Counted from the stretch's first letter, positions 39,597-50,132 are shown. The stretch is DNA of 64,000 nucleotides from Deferribacterales bacterium (GCA_050251875.1 JBFWMA010000006.1:132024-196023); one strand, 5' to 3'. Made by a program: numbers and translations. Notes: generated from the letters alone by a model not told the origin.

Positions 39597-42500
39597 TCAG
39601 TTTTTTTCGCCGATGAAGAAATCCGTTCCGAACATGCTGACCTGGGGTTTCTGTCGATATCCCCACTTCTGCGCTGTGATATTGGGCAGAACAGCCTCCG
39701 CATATTCAGACAGCTCGTTCACAGTGAGCAGATTATCTTTTCCATAGCCCTCGCCGCCTATAGCCTTCAGCAGAGTATAGGTAAAGGCGCCATGCCCCTC
39801 ATATCCCTCCAGAGCGACATCATTCGCCGAGCTGGCGCTGATGACAGCTCGCCCTGTGGCTTTTGATATTCTGTTTGTGGCTGTCTTCTGGAGCGATGCC
39901 TCCGCAAAAGAACCTGATTCGCATGTGTCGAGCATTACGACTGATTTCAGCGCCTGCACCTTAGAAAGACCCATCATCAGGTCTTTCTGACCTATGCCGT
40001 ATCTTCTGACGGATATGTCGTCATCCTTGTTTCTGAAATCAGCAGGAATGAAGTAATAGTCGCCGTTAAACTTGTCCGTGACTCCATGCCCCGCTATATA
40101 CAGCAGAAAAACATCGTCACGTCCTGATTTCACGGAAGAGAAAGCGTTATCAATCTTTTCTTTGGTGACATCTGCGTCATACAGCTTTGTAACGTGTATT
40201 TTGTCGAACAACGGCTCCGCCGCTCTGGTTACGGACGAAAGCATGCCGTCTGCGTCACTCAAGGAATATTTCAGATCAAGGTCGTTGTCGTCATAATTGT
40301 TTACCGCCACCGCCAGAACATACAGATCACGCTTCTTGCCGTCCGCCGCCGCTTCCGCCAGTTTTGCGGTTGAGTTAACCCTCTTCTCGCCGTTAGCATA
40401 AACTGTGATATAGTCCGGCTTCGACTCTATGTTTCCGCCCTTGTTGGTGCCTTTAAACCCGATAACGTTCTCTCCGTCTATCAGAGAGATGGTCTGTCCG
40501 TATGTGAAACATTCCGGTCGGTCTGATACCGGAGCTCTTTTCAGCGCTCTCGTGTTCTGTGTTACCGACACGGGGATGCCGTTTATCATAATGGCGAGGT
40601 TGTCGTATCCTCCGGTGGTTCTGGGGCAAACCTGAAGATTCAGATTGATGTTGCTTCCGTTTATTTCATGCGGTTTATTCAGTATTTTCAGCTGAGGCGG
40701 GAGTCCGCTCGCCAGCAGGTTTTTCAGATTTATCTTTTTGGAATATTCGCCGAGGTTTTCACCGTTCAGAGCCCTCTGCACGAGATCCGGGCGGTACAGC
40801 ACGGAATAAAGAGCGTCCATGCTTACAAATGCGCCCTCTTTGTCACGTCCTCTATTTATGTGATAACCAACATATTCAGCGCCCTTTGGCGATGCGTCAA
40901 AGAACCCGTCATACGTCCATGCGACATACTGATTATCTCCGGTTACGAAAAGATTGAGCTCTGGCAGAATTTTTCTGACCGCGCTGTTGACATATACGCC
41001 GAATCCGACCCGCTTTTTTATCTCTTTCGCATTGGCAAGAACAGTCTCTCTTGTCCAGCCCATAACATCCATTATCTGCTTAACAAATCCTTCGTCTATA
41101 ACCATCACAGGGGTAAGCCCCTGCACCTGTTTCAGATCCCAGATTTTAATGGTCTGGTCTGATCCTGAGCTCACCAGCCTGTCGCCGTCCAGCCCCAGAG
41201 GCACAACCTCTCCGCTGTGCCCCAGAAGAGAAGCGAGCTTTACGCCGTCTATGTTGTAAATATCCAGATTTCCGTTACTGCTGGCGCTGACGACCATATT
41301 TTTGTACCAGCCGTAATTCCGGTGAACTATGCCTTCGTTGTCGGTTCTTTTGATAGAGCTGTAGAGCTGTCCGTTTTTATTAATCAGGAGTTTTGCGTTT
41401 TTGACTCCTTTTTTGTTGCCGGCGTCATCGGCGACAGCCTCCAGAGAGTATTGACCGTTCACATGGGGCAGGTCCAGTCTGATTTTGTCCGTTGGTTTAT
41501 AGTCTCTGACGGAGAAATCTTTCAGGTTAATCACCTTGTATTCCTCCGGAAACTGGTCTGTGGAAACATCTTTGCGGGTGTAGAGTATTTCATCGCCTTT
41601 TATGCCCAGATAATATACCGCATCGCCCACGCCTTTTATCTGTTTAATTATCGATTTCTTATCTATATCAACCAGATATATAGAGTTATCTATTCCGCCT
41701 GAAACCGCCAGCGTGTTATTGTCCGCAAAGCTGACTCCTGACGTGATAACCCCTATACCGCTGAAACCGCTCCGTTTGACATATCTCTCCCGCGCCTGAT
41801 AAACACTGATCTCAGCAGGAGAACCGATGGAGCTGACCGCCAGATATCTGCCGTCTTCAGAATATTTTAAATCGTTTGTACTGGATTGTCTGTTAATGGT
41901 TTTTTTATGTTTCAGCCTGTGGTCATAGATTATAACATTGCCGCCGGATGATCCGACCGCTATGTCGTCTGCCGACACCGCAACGTCTGTCACCCAGCTT
42001 CCGGCAGTGATTTTGGCTATGTTTTTACCTGTATTCAGAGAATCAACGGACACGCTGCCTTCAAAATCTCCGGAAACTATGTTGTAGCCTCTGCCAGATT
42101 TGAAAACATCCACTGATGTCACATTAACCTTGTGAGATTTTATCGTTCTCAGAAGAGAAAAATCGCTCATTTTCCAAACTTTTACGGTAGTATCACCGGA
42201 ACCGGATACGAGAAATCCGCCGTCATCTGAAAACTTCAGAGATTGAACAGCCAGATCATGCCCGTGGAGCAGTTTTATGAGCCTGCCCGAGCGAAAGTCA
42301 TAGACCCGTATATCGCCGACCGCTATGTCGTTGTAATGCCCGAAAATACCACCCGCCGCAAGATAACGCTCGTCAGGACTCAGAGCGATGGTATATACCT
42401 TGCCCATGCCCACCTGATCTATTTCGCCGAGGAATTTTTCCTTCAGCCTGCCGTCAGGAGACCATACTTTTATATCCGTGTCTTTAGAACCGGTGATGAT

Positions 42501-42644
42501 GTCGCCTGATTTTGTAACCAGCACGGTCTCCACCTGATTCATATGACCCAGCGTCTCCAGACGGATAAGCACATCCTCTGCCAGGGCTGACAGGGATATT
42601 AAAAATATTGTAAGTAAGATGAGCGGCTTATAAACCACACGCAT
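39597..42644 (-). CDS. Secreted WD40-repeat protein with C-terminal caspase (peptidase C14) domain
   Basis: Signal peptide; GH...SGSGDTTVKVW WD40 repeats; LYIAGHG and MLDTCESG His-Cys dyad; GHGAFTYTLL. Confidence 0.9.
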   Translation of the reverse strand: MRVVYKPLILLTIFLISLSALAEDVLIRLETLGHMNQVETVLVTKSGDIITGSKDTDIKVWSPDGRLKEKFLGEIDQVGMGKVYTIALSPDERYLAAGGIFGHYNDIAVGDIRVYDFRSGRLIKLLHGHDLAVQSLKFSDDGGFLVSGSGDTTVKVWKMSDFSLLRTIKSHKVNVTSVDVFKSGRGYNIVSGDFEGSVSVDSLNTGKNIAKITAGSWVTDVAVSADDIAVGSSGGNVIIYDHRLKHKKTINRQSSTNDLKYSEDGRYLAVSSIGSPAEISVYQARERYVKRSGFSGIGVITSGVSFADNNTLAVSGGIDNSIYLVDIDKKSIIKQIKGVGDAVYYLGIKGDEILYTRKDVSTDQFPEEYKVINLKDFSVRDYKPTDKIRLDLPHVNGQYSLEAVADDAGNKKGVKNAKLLINKNGQLYSSIKRTDNEGIVHRNYGWYKNMVVSASSNGNLDIYNIDGVKLASLLGHSGEVVPLGLDGDRLVSSGSDQTIKIWDLKQVQGLTPVMVIDEGFVKQIMDVMGWTRETVLANAKEIKKRVGFGVYVNSAVRKILPELNLFVTGDNQYVAWTYDGFFDASPKGAEYVGYHINRGRDKEGAFVSMDALYSVLYRPDLVQRALNGENLGEYSKKINLKNLLASGLPPQLKILNKPHEINGSNINLNLQVCPRTTGGYDNLAIMINGIPVSVTQNTRALKRAPVSDRPECFTYGQTISLIDGENVIGFKGTNKGGNIESKPDYITVYANGEKRVNSTAKLAEAAADGKKRDLYVLAVAVNNYDDNDLDLKYSLSDADGMLSSVTRAAEPLFDKIHVTKLYDADVTKEKIDNAFSSVKSGRDDVFLLYIAGHGVTDKFNGDYYFIPADFRNKDDDISVRRYGIGQKDLMMGLSKVQALKSVVMLDTCESGSFAEASLQKTATNRISKATGRAVISASSANDVALEGYEGHGAFTYTLLKAIGGEGYGKDNLLTVNELSEYAEAVLPNITAQKWGYRQKPQVSMFGTDFFIGEKN

Positions 42645-43260
42645 CTTTAATGTCTTTTAAGGCTTTTTCACCGAAAAAACCGCTCTGTATAGCCTGTTTT
42701 GCCCAGAATGTGCCCTCTTTCCTGTCTTCTTTCACAGCCAGACCATAGCAGTATCTTACACCAAGAACATACTGAGCCTGCGCAACTCCCTGCTCAGCGG
42801 CTTTTTTATACAGTCCGAGAGCCTCGTCAACACGGTAAAAGTGCGGAATTTCTTCATACATATCTGCCAGTTCATACTGTGCCTCAGCTATTCCGGCTTT
42901 GGCGGCGAAATAAAAGTTTCTGTAGGCTTCTCCTCTGTCCTGGCTGACGCCTGAGCCTGATTTATAGAGCAGTCCCATGGTGTATTTCGCCCTTGTGTGA
43001 CCTCTGTCTGCGGCCTGTCCGGCCCATTTTGCGCCTGTGAAATCACTCGCTGTCACTCCTTGTCCCTTTATATAGAGAACACCGAGGTTATACATCGCAT
43101 CGACATTTCCGGCATTTGCCAGAGTGGTCCATATCTCAGCCGCTTTTTTATAGTTCTGCTGGTTATAAGCGTTCATCCCGTCATCGAATGTCAGAGCGAA
43201 AGAACTGACAGCAAAAAACACCGCAACAATTGTTAATATATATTTCTTCATTATCATCAC
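42628..43260 (-). CDS. Secreted Sel1-like repeat protein
   Basis: Signal peptide; AMYNLGVLY..GQGV, AAEQG..AQY.LG..Y..G repeats. Confidence 0.92.
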   Translation of the reverse strand: MMIMKKYILTIVAVFFAVSSFALTFDDGMNAYNQQNYKKAAEIWTTLANAGNVDAMYNLGVLYIKGQGVTASDFTGAKWAGQAADRGHTRAKYTMGLLYKSGSGVSQDRGEAYRNFYFAAKAGIAEAQYELADMYEEIPHFYRVDEALGLYKKAAEQGVAQAQYVLGVRYCYGLAVKEDRKEGTFWAKQAIQSGFFGEKALKDIKDACGL

Positions 43261-43261
43261 C

Positions 43262-43903
43262 TTATTTATCGTATTGGCTTAAATTGAGTTCTTTCCAGAT
43301 TCCAGCCACTTCTTCATTACTGTCTTTTATCTTTTTCGCCCAGAAAGCGCATTTTTTCAAATCTTTCTGTTTGCCGCCCATGCCATAGCAGTAAGATTTG
43401 ACCGTATTCTCGATAGACGTTTCATGTCCTGCCTCTGCGCCTTTTTCCCACCATTTTCCTGCCATGTTTATATCAGCCTTCACATATCTGCCTTGCAGAT
43501 ACATTATGCCGAGATAATACATAGATCTTCCGTCACCATCGTCAGCAGCTATGCTGCACCAGTCAAAGGCTCTCACGAAATCCTGTTTGATCTCATCGTT
43601 GTTGTTGTACATGGCGCACAGCTCAGACTGGCTTCTGGTTTCACCGTATGACGCACTGAGTTTGTAATATCTCACGGCTTCATCCATATTCTTAGCCGTT
43701 CCCGTACCGTTTCTATACATGTAAGCCAGATTATATCTGGCAAGATTGTCTTTTTCTGTGTCTGCGCTGTATTTCCACGCCTTCACAGCATCAGCGTATT
43801 TTCCCTGTTTGTAGAATTCAAAACCCTTGTCCGCATAAGCGCTAAAAGTAAAAAAGGCTGTCATAGCAGTCAGCGTCAGACATATAATTATAAATTTTCG
43901 CAA
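43262..43903 (-). CDS. Secreted Sel1-like repeat protein
   Basis: ARYNLAYMYRNGTGT, SMYYLGIMYLQG repeats; TTG start (MRKFIIICL) after GGAGG. Confidence 0.9.
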   Translation of the reverse strand: MRKFIIICLTLTAMTAFFTFSAYADKGFEFYKQGKYADAVKAWKYSADTEKDNLARYNLAYMYRNGTGTAKNMDEAVRYYKLSASYGETRSQSELCAMYNNNDEIKQDFVRAFDWCSIAADDGDGRSMYYLGIMYLQGRYVKADINMAGKWWEKGAEAGHETSIENTVKSYCYGMGGKQKDLKKCAFWAKKIKDSNEEVAGIWKELNLSQYDK

Positions 43904-44167
43904 CTCAACCCTCCGGAATGTGTATTTTTTAAACTTTTTCAGTATAGCAGGGATTATATTCACATTTCCATATTTATTGATGGAAATTTTCACATTATAC
44001 CGGAATCAGCAATAAAAAAGCCGAAGCATCTTACGACACATCGGCTCACGCTGGGCTATACAGGGATTTCAGCAGTAACCTATTTATCCGCAGAAATCTG
44101 CGATATTTCAAATTTTGTTCATTAAGCAAAACGAATCAGATACCAGCAAATATATTATCGATAATGA

Positions 44168-46175
44168 ACTATGAGCTGCCTGTGCGGCAGTGAGCGCAGA
44201 CTTATTTGATTTTCTCATATCCGCATGTTTCTAAGCTGCCTGTGCGGCAGTGAGCGCAGACTTATTTGATTTTCTCATATCCGCATGTTTCTAAGCTGCC
44301 TGCGCGGCAGTGAGCGCTTATTGTTCAGTGCGCAATACTCCAGTCAATTTCTAAGCTGCCTATACGGCAGTGAGCACTGCCGGAGAACGAACAGACATTG
44401 TTTCTCTTTTCTAAGCTGCCTATACGGCAGTGAGCGCAGGGCTATGACATGTCTGCGGTTGATTTCTTTTCTAAGCTGCCTATGCGGCAGTGAGCTTGTC
44501 TGTGCTGAAATCGGGGCGGCGTTGATATTTCTAAGCTGCCTATACGGCAGTGAGCCTTTCAGCAGTTGCGGGGTGAATGGGCTTATTTTTCTAAGCTGCC
44601 TATACGGCAGTGAGCCTCGCCATTGTGTCTCACCCTTGAATCGTAAATTTCTAAGCTGCCTATACGGCAGTGAGCCGGTTTATTTTTTGCGGGATGAATG
44701 ACGATGGTTTCTAAGCTGCCTATACGGCAGTGAGCTATAAACGTTATGCCGTCAAGACGGCTGGTAATTTCTAAGCTGCCTGCGCGGCAGTGAGCAGGGC
44801 GATAGGGCATACCGGATATTCCGCTATTTTCTAAGCTGCCTGCGCGGCAGTGAGCGCCGGCGGTATTCAGATGATGCGGAAAGATGATTTCTAAGCTGCC
44901 TATGCGGCAGTGAGCGTCTATCATAGACTGTTCTTGTGACTGCCATATTTCTAAGCTGCCTACGCGGCAGTGAGCGTTGCATCCGGCATCGTTTATGCCG
45001 CTCAACATTTCTAAGCTGCCTACGCGGCAGTGAGCTCTTTTTATTGGTATATTAATTTTTTCTCTCATTTCTAAGCTGCCTATGCGGCAGTGAGCTTCAC
45101 GCCATCGCCACGGCGGGGAGGGATGCCTTTCTAAGCTGCCTATGCGGCAGTGAGCGTGATATGCGTAAATGTCTATCTCGCGGGTCTTTTCTAAGCTGCC
45201 TATGCGGCAGTGAGCGACGCATCAGTTACCAGCGCATCATCATAGAGTTTCTAAGCTGCCTATGCGGCAGTGAGCTCACTGGTCACACCGTTCAGTCTGA
45301 GCAGCATTTTCTAAGCTGCCTATGCGGCAGTGAGCCCAGAACGGCTTTACCGCACCGAACATCAGTTTTTCTAAGCTGCCTATGCGGCAGTGAGCACCAC
45401 TGTTGTTATTGCTGATAGCGACAGGCTTTTCTAAGCTGCCTATGCGGCAGTGAGCACATAACCGTATCCATGGGGCACGGCAAAGGTTTTCTAAGCTGCC
45501 TATGCGGCAGTGAGCGACATTTCGTCTCTGCTGGCGTTTTGCCAGCATTTCTAAGCTGCCTATGCGGCAGTGAGCTTAAATTTGATACCGTTATTCTGTA
45601 TTCTGTTTTTCTAAGCTGCCTATGCGGCAGTGAGCCCAGAGGATAAGAATGTGTTTACATACGGGCTTTTCTAAGCTGCCTATGCGGCAGTGAGCAATGT
45701 GAGCGCCTTCGATGATGCGACTCCATATTTCTAAGCTGCCTATGCGGCAGTGAGCTTTACCCTGCGCATGGCATACATGCACTCACGTTTCTAAGCTGCC
45801 TATGCGGCAGTGAGCAAAAACACGGATATTGTAGAGCGTGCCGAACTTTTCTAAGCTGCCTATGCGGCAGTGAGCGAAAGAGCTAAGAAATTCAGAGACT
45901 GGGCAGATTTCTAAGCTGCCTATGCGGCTGTGAGCGCGGCTCTTATGTCTGCAATGTCAGTACACAATTTCTAAGCTGCCTATGCGGCAGTGAGCTCAAG
46001 CACAGACCCCAGCCTCTGCTCTTCCTCTTTCTAAGCTGCCTATGCGGCAGTGAGCTTTACGCACCCGCACGTCCGTGGACTTTTTTTTTTCTAAGCTGCC
46101 TATGCGGCAGTGAGCTGGAAGCTATCAATAACGGTGATCTGACCAACTTTCTAAGCTGCCTATGCGGCAGTGAGC
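44168..46175 (-). CRISPR. Type I-F CRISPR array 1: 34 repeats, 33 spacers of 32 nt; consensus in transcript sense GCTCACTGCCGCATAGGCAGCTTAGAAA
   Basis: Exact 60-nt periodicity; degenerate terminal repeat at 44168-44195; leader lies on the cas6f side. Confidence 0.99.
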
Positions 46176-46306
46176 TAGAGACATTATCACACAAACGTCT
46201 GCTCTATAACAAATATCATGGCTTTTTATTCAAAAACCATTTTTAATACCAACACACCATCTTGCTGATATCTAAAGATTAATATACCGCCAGAAAAAAA
46301 GGGTCA
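46176..46306 (-). promoter_or_regulatory. Leader of CRISPR array 1
   Basis: AT-rich; minus strand reads TGACCCTTTTTTT...GGTTTTTGA...ATGATATTTGTTATAGAGCAGA...GATAATGTCTCTA, homologous to the array 2 leader. Confidence 0.9.
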
Positions 46307-46855
46307 GAAAATGGGTACAGTTGCACTGCCGCTTAAACCATATGCGCTGAATTCGCCATTACGGCTTTCAGCACACATTTTCTGGCTGACATACAAACGG
46401 AATTTCTGTCCTGTGCTTCTGCTGTGCAATGATATAAACGGAAGATTCAGGGTCTCCGCGGCGGTGTCGGGAATTTCATTCACCGCCTGTTCCTCCGAAA
46501 TACCGTGGCGTTTCATCCGCCTGCGCCTGAGCCTCTCCACGTTGCTTTTTGCCTGCACACGGGCAACGTTGCCGCTGCCGGCACCGGCAGGAACTTCCAT
46601 AATCCTGCCCACCTGCGCATAATCACGCATAGCATTAAAAAAACGATGCGCAGCCACAGACTCAAGAGCTTCTTTGCCGCCATGAAGGCGCAAAACATCC
46701 CCCAGTGTTTTTGATATTTCGGGAAAACTGACGCCCACATCCGTTCTTTTCTGCTCTGCCAGAATAAGGTGCATTTTTTCAAAGAGCATATTCAACAGCA
46801 CCTGCGAAGGTATTTCCGGATTTTTCAAAACCCTTATATCTATATAATACTGCAT
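46304..46855 (-). CDS. cas6f: Type I-F CRISPR endoribonuclease Cas6f (Csy4)
   Basis: YYIDI, KMH, GVSFP, LRLHG, Arg-rich ERLRRRRMKR, S.STGQ.F, FSAYGLS...TVP.F. Confidence 0.97.
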   Translation of the reverse strand: MQYYIDIRVLKNPEIPSQVLLNMLFEKMHLILAEQKRTDVGVSFPEISKTLGDVLRLHGGKEALESVAAHRFFNAMRDYAQVGRIMEVPAGAGSGNVARVQAKSNVERLRRRRMKRHGISEEQAVNEIPDTAAETLNLPFISLHSRSTGQKFRLYVSQKMCAESRNGEFSAYGLSGSATVPIF

Positions 46856-46858
46856 GGA

Positions 46859-47884
46859 TTACTCCTTTTCTGAATTACCGAATACTCCGCCTCTGACAAA
46901 AACAGCCATGACAAAATGCTGATGGTTCACATCTGGTTTTTTATCCCTCAAAATCCAGCCGTCCAGAAGATTATAAAAATCTGTCTTGTCCTTTGGCTGG
47001 CGGTATGCGCAACCGAGCGATGTCACAGAACCATAAGGTTCCACCGCTATGGGTGATTCCGGAAAATCCGTATACCATGTGTCTATTGTCCTTACAGCAT
47101 TTCCGATCTTCTGAGAGTGCATTGCCGCTACATTGCCAACCTGATAAAGGGTTTTGCTTTTACTTCCCTTGCCAGATTCTTTAGCCATAATCAGTTCCTG
47201 AGACGGAAAAACTTCCTGTCCCCAACCGATTCTGACATACGCAAATACGTCTAACAGAACAAAGCCGCTGCCGGAAAGACCTTCACAAATGACGTCACCG
47301 AGCGATGAAACATTCCTGTCTTCCTGAAAATCCGCCAGAGGATAATCGAAACCGTTGAACTTCCATGTTTTGCTGACCTCGCCGTCATTCATCCTGTTAA
47401 CCACTACCTCCACTTCTTCGGCACCGACTCTGTTGCGCCACAAAAAGCGACCGGAGGCTATGTTATAAGCGTATCTGTCGGAGAGCACTTTGAAACCATG
47501 CTCAGAAATATATCCGTCCACTGTCTCTTTCAGCTTGTTTCTATAAGCAGTGACATTACATGCGGACGGAATGCCTGCGCCGCCCAGAACACGCATGGAG
47601 AAATGGACACAAAGCGTATCCGCATCCGCCGGAAGTGCCGCGACATCCACTGTCTGAAGGTTCGGTTTTTCTATCATGGCGTCCAGCTTGGCGGGGTCGC
47701 TGTCTTTGCTTTTCAGCCTGTTGGATATGGTGCCCATCACCGATTTCTCGTTTATTTCTATTATCTTCCATGATGCGGTGTTTGCCTTGTCGTCCCATTT
47801 TCCGGCTGAAAAAAGACCGTCCGAAACATCGAGCTTGCGCTCAAAAGCCAGTACTGAAGCTGTTGCGAGTTTTTCTGATGCCAT
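46859..47884 (-). CDS. cas7f: Type I-F Cas7f (Csy3)
   Basis: ASVLAFERKL, PNLQTVD, GRFLWRNR, QEVFPSQEL, AAMHSQKIGNAVRTIDTWY, RGGVFG. Confidence 0.98.
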   Translation of the reverse strand: MASEKLATASVLAFERKLDVSDGLFSAGKWDDKANTASWKIIEINEKSVMGTISNRLKSKDSDPAKLDAMIEKPNLQTVDVAALPADADTLCVHFSMRVLGGAGIPSACNVTAYRNKLKETVDGYISEHGFKVLSDRYAYNIASGRFLWRNRVGAEEVEVVVNRMNDGEVSKTWKFNGFDYPLADFQEDRNVSSLGDVICEGLSGSGFVLLDVFAYVRIGWGQEVFPSQELIMAKESGKGSKSKTLYQVGNVAAMHSQKIGNAVRTIDTWYTDFPESPIAVEPYGSVTSLGCAYRQPKDKTDFYNLLDGWILRDKKPDVNHQHFVMAVFVRGGVFGNSEKE

Positions 47885-47902
47885 TGTATTTCTCCTATAG
47901 TT

Positions 47903-48817
47903 TTAATATAATTTTTTGTGTCCGCACAGATAAACGCCTTTGTCAGGCTCTGCCTTGTGAAACCATAGAAACTCTTCTATATTATTGATTTTGAGGGGGT
48001 TTCTCCACTCGCCCGCAGAATATGCAGTCTCCGTAAACCGGAAAGGCGTGTCCTGATCCCGTGTGTTTCTGACCTCTCCCGCTTCATACAGAGGCGATAT
48101 GCCCGCATAACCCACAGGCAGAGGCACTATCCAGCCGTTTTTTTCTCTGTATGTCGTCCAGACGGCTTTACCGTTTTCATCCAGCACAGACGCATGCTTT
48201 AACGCTGTCAGATCCAGAAGAACATCCAGCAGACTGACGGCAGGATTTTCAGATTTCATCTCGCTCATGCGTTCCAGCATGAGTTCTGTTCTGTCGATAA
48301 GCGCAAATCCGGGAACCAGTTTTCTGCGCAGTTTTCTGAATATTTTTTCATCGTCCTCCGCGTATTGCGACAGAGTAACAATCTCGACCTTCTGCTTTTG
48401 CTGGTGAACTATACTGCCCCCCGCAATGCGCATTGATCCGATGAGCTGTGTTATCTCTTCCGCTGACGGTTCCTCTCCGTATATGCCTGCTAAAACAGTG
48501 ACGGTGAGGTGTGTCCTGCCCTCCTCCACTATGCCGGAAGGTTTTGTGACGTCACGGTCATATACAGGGTTGCGGGTGAGGTTGAATCTGTTTTCATATT
48601 TTCCGCCGTTCACCTGCGGTTCAAACGAATGACAGACTATGCCTGTGCCATCCAGAACGGTCTTGTCGCCCAGACGGCGGCTCAGAGCGTGGATAAACCC
48701 AGTGAATGCGGTGGGTGCCGGAAATCCCCATGTCAGAGGACCGGATATGCTGTTTGCGTTGATTATCCTGAGTCCGGAAACGATCAGGAGCGCATTAGGT
48801 GATTTACACATAAACAT
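47903..48817 (-). CDS. cas5f: Type I-F Cas5f (Csy2)
   Basis: NANSISGPLTWGFPAPTAFTGFIHAL, LTRNP, RIAGG, GWIVPLPVGY. Confidence 0.97.
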   Translation of the reverse strand: MFMCKSPNALLIVSGLRIINANSISGPLTWGFPAPTAFTGFIHALSRRLGDKTVLDGTGIVCHSFEPQVNGGKYENRFNLTRNPVYDRDVTKPSGIVEEGRTHLTVTVLAGIYGEEPSAEEITQLIGSMRIAGGSIVHQQKQKVEIVTLSQYAEDDEKIFRKLRRKLVPGFALIDRTELMLERMSEMKSENPAVSLLDVLLDLTALKHASVLDENGKAVWTTYREKNGWIVPLPVGYAGISPLYEAGEVRNTRDQDTPFRFTETAYSAGEWRNPLKINNIEEFLWFHKAEPDKGVYLCGHKKLY

Positions 48818-50132
48818 TCGCCTCCTTTATATCCGTCAGGACTTTTTTCGCAGTCTTCACCAGCACCAGTGAAACCTCTTCCTCCGGCGGTCTTTTGTCA
48901 TAACTGATTTTTTCTATCACACTGCTCAGCCATGCCGCAAAGCTGTCGGCAACATCATCGCACCAGTCGCCGCTCTCATATTTCGCAATGAGGGCTTCAT
49001 CATCTGTCTGCAACGGCGGATCCAGCCACAGCTTTTCCGACATATTCAGACGACACCCGCTCTCACGGCTCCAGCCTGGCGGTAACATCTGATATTCCTG
49101 ATAAACATCCATGAGTTCATCAGACAGCGCATCAAATTTCATTTCTATGCCGTATCTGATGTCGGCATTTTTATATGATGTTTTCAGGAGTTTCTCCAGA
49201 TAACCCAGAGTCTCCACGACATGCGCTCTGCGTCCGAATTTATATTTGAATACTGATTTGTCTTTCAGAGGGCTGACAGGCTTACTGTTCCAGTTAGGCG
49301 GACAGGACGGCAGAAGAATATTTTCGCCGTGTCTGGAACTGTTGAGCTGACTTACGTTCTGCGGTTTTGTTCCGCCGTACGCAGTTATGGCTGTGCCTCT
49401 GTATTCTCTGTAGCCGTTTTCTGAGAATACGCCGTCTCTTCTGGCTTTTCTGGTCTCTGCGGCGGAATCGGAATATCGCACATCCCTAATATGCTCATAA
49501 ACGCACTGAACAAGGCTGGTGGGGAACACAGGGCTAAGGAGATGATACCCTCCGCCATCCAGAGGGAAATAGACCTGTTTCATCAGAGTGTGTGAAGATG
49601 GAGAATCCATCTCCTTTATCTCCAGAAACCCGTCTATCCAGCCGTATGCGGCGTTAATGTCGTCAGACATCGCCTTTGCCAGCTCTTCGGGTCTTTCTTC
49701 CGCCAGAGCCAGAATGGTTTTGCCGTGATATTCCTGCCTGAGAAAAGCATATGCGTCCAGAGCCGCGGCGTTTCCGGAAACGTCATTCTGTCTGTCATTC
49801 ACACAGTGGGTGCCTACAAAATTTCGTTCCGCACAGTTTTCAGCATCAAAATATATCAGAGACGCTTTCGCCATAGGATGCGTGAATTTCGGAATATGCG
49901 TGGCGAGTTTTATCTGTCCGGCACGTTTTGACGCCGCCGCCAGCCATTCCTGCCTTGAATATTCTGTTTCAAGGGATTCGATTTTTTTAGCAATCTCTTC
50001 AACCTTGCCGGGAGTGTCCGCTTTTGCCAGCAGTTTTTCCTGCTCTTCCAGTTTGGGCTTCAGCCGTTCACCGATAAAGAAATCGATAAACTCCCGAAGA
50101 GTTTTCTGATCATCGGATTCGGAATCGCTCAT
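48804..50132 (-). CDS. cas8f: Type I-F Cas8f (Csy1)
   Basis: THIPKFTHP, GNAAALD, KQVYFP...YHLLSP, GGTKPQNVSQLNS. Confidence 0.97.
   Translation of the reverse strand: MSDSESDDQKTLREFIDFFIGERLKPKLEEQEKLLAKADTPGKVEEIAKKIESLETEYSRQEWLAAASKRAGQIKLATHIPKFTHPMAKASLIYFDAENCAERNFVGTHCVNDRQNDVSGNAAALDAYAFLRQEYHGKTILALAEERPEELAKAMSDDINAAYGWIDGFLEIKEMDSPSSHTLMKQVYFPLDGGGYHLLSPVFPTSLVQCVYEHIRDVRYSDSAAETRKARRDGVFSENGYREYRGTAITAYGGTKPQNVSQLNSSRHGENILLPSCPPNWNSKPVSPLKDKSVFKYKFGRRAHVVETLGYLEKLLKTSYKNADIRYGIEMKFDALSDELMDVYQEYQMLPPGWSRESGCRLNMSEKLWLDPPLQTDDEALIAKYESGDWCDDVADSFAAWLSSVIEKISYDKRPPEEEVSLVLVKTAKKVLTDIKEANVYV

Noticed and set aside
44285..45782. ORFs with repeating FLSCL.GSE / AHCRIGSLE peptides (also 54597-55357)
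   Set aside because: They are translations of the 60-nt CRISPR repeat-spacer units.
39597..46175. CRISPR-controlled caspase (Craspase-like) link between the I-F locus and the caspase gene
   Set aside because: The caspase and Sel1 proteins have export signals, a terminator-like hairpin lies near 44015-44046, and there are no type III or CHAT components. Proximity alone is insufficient.
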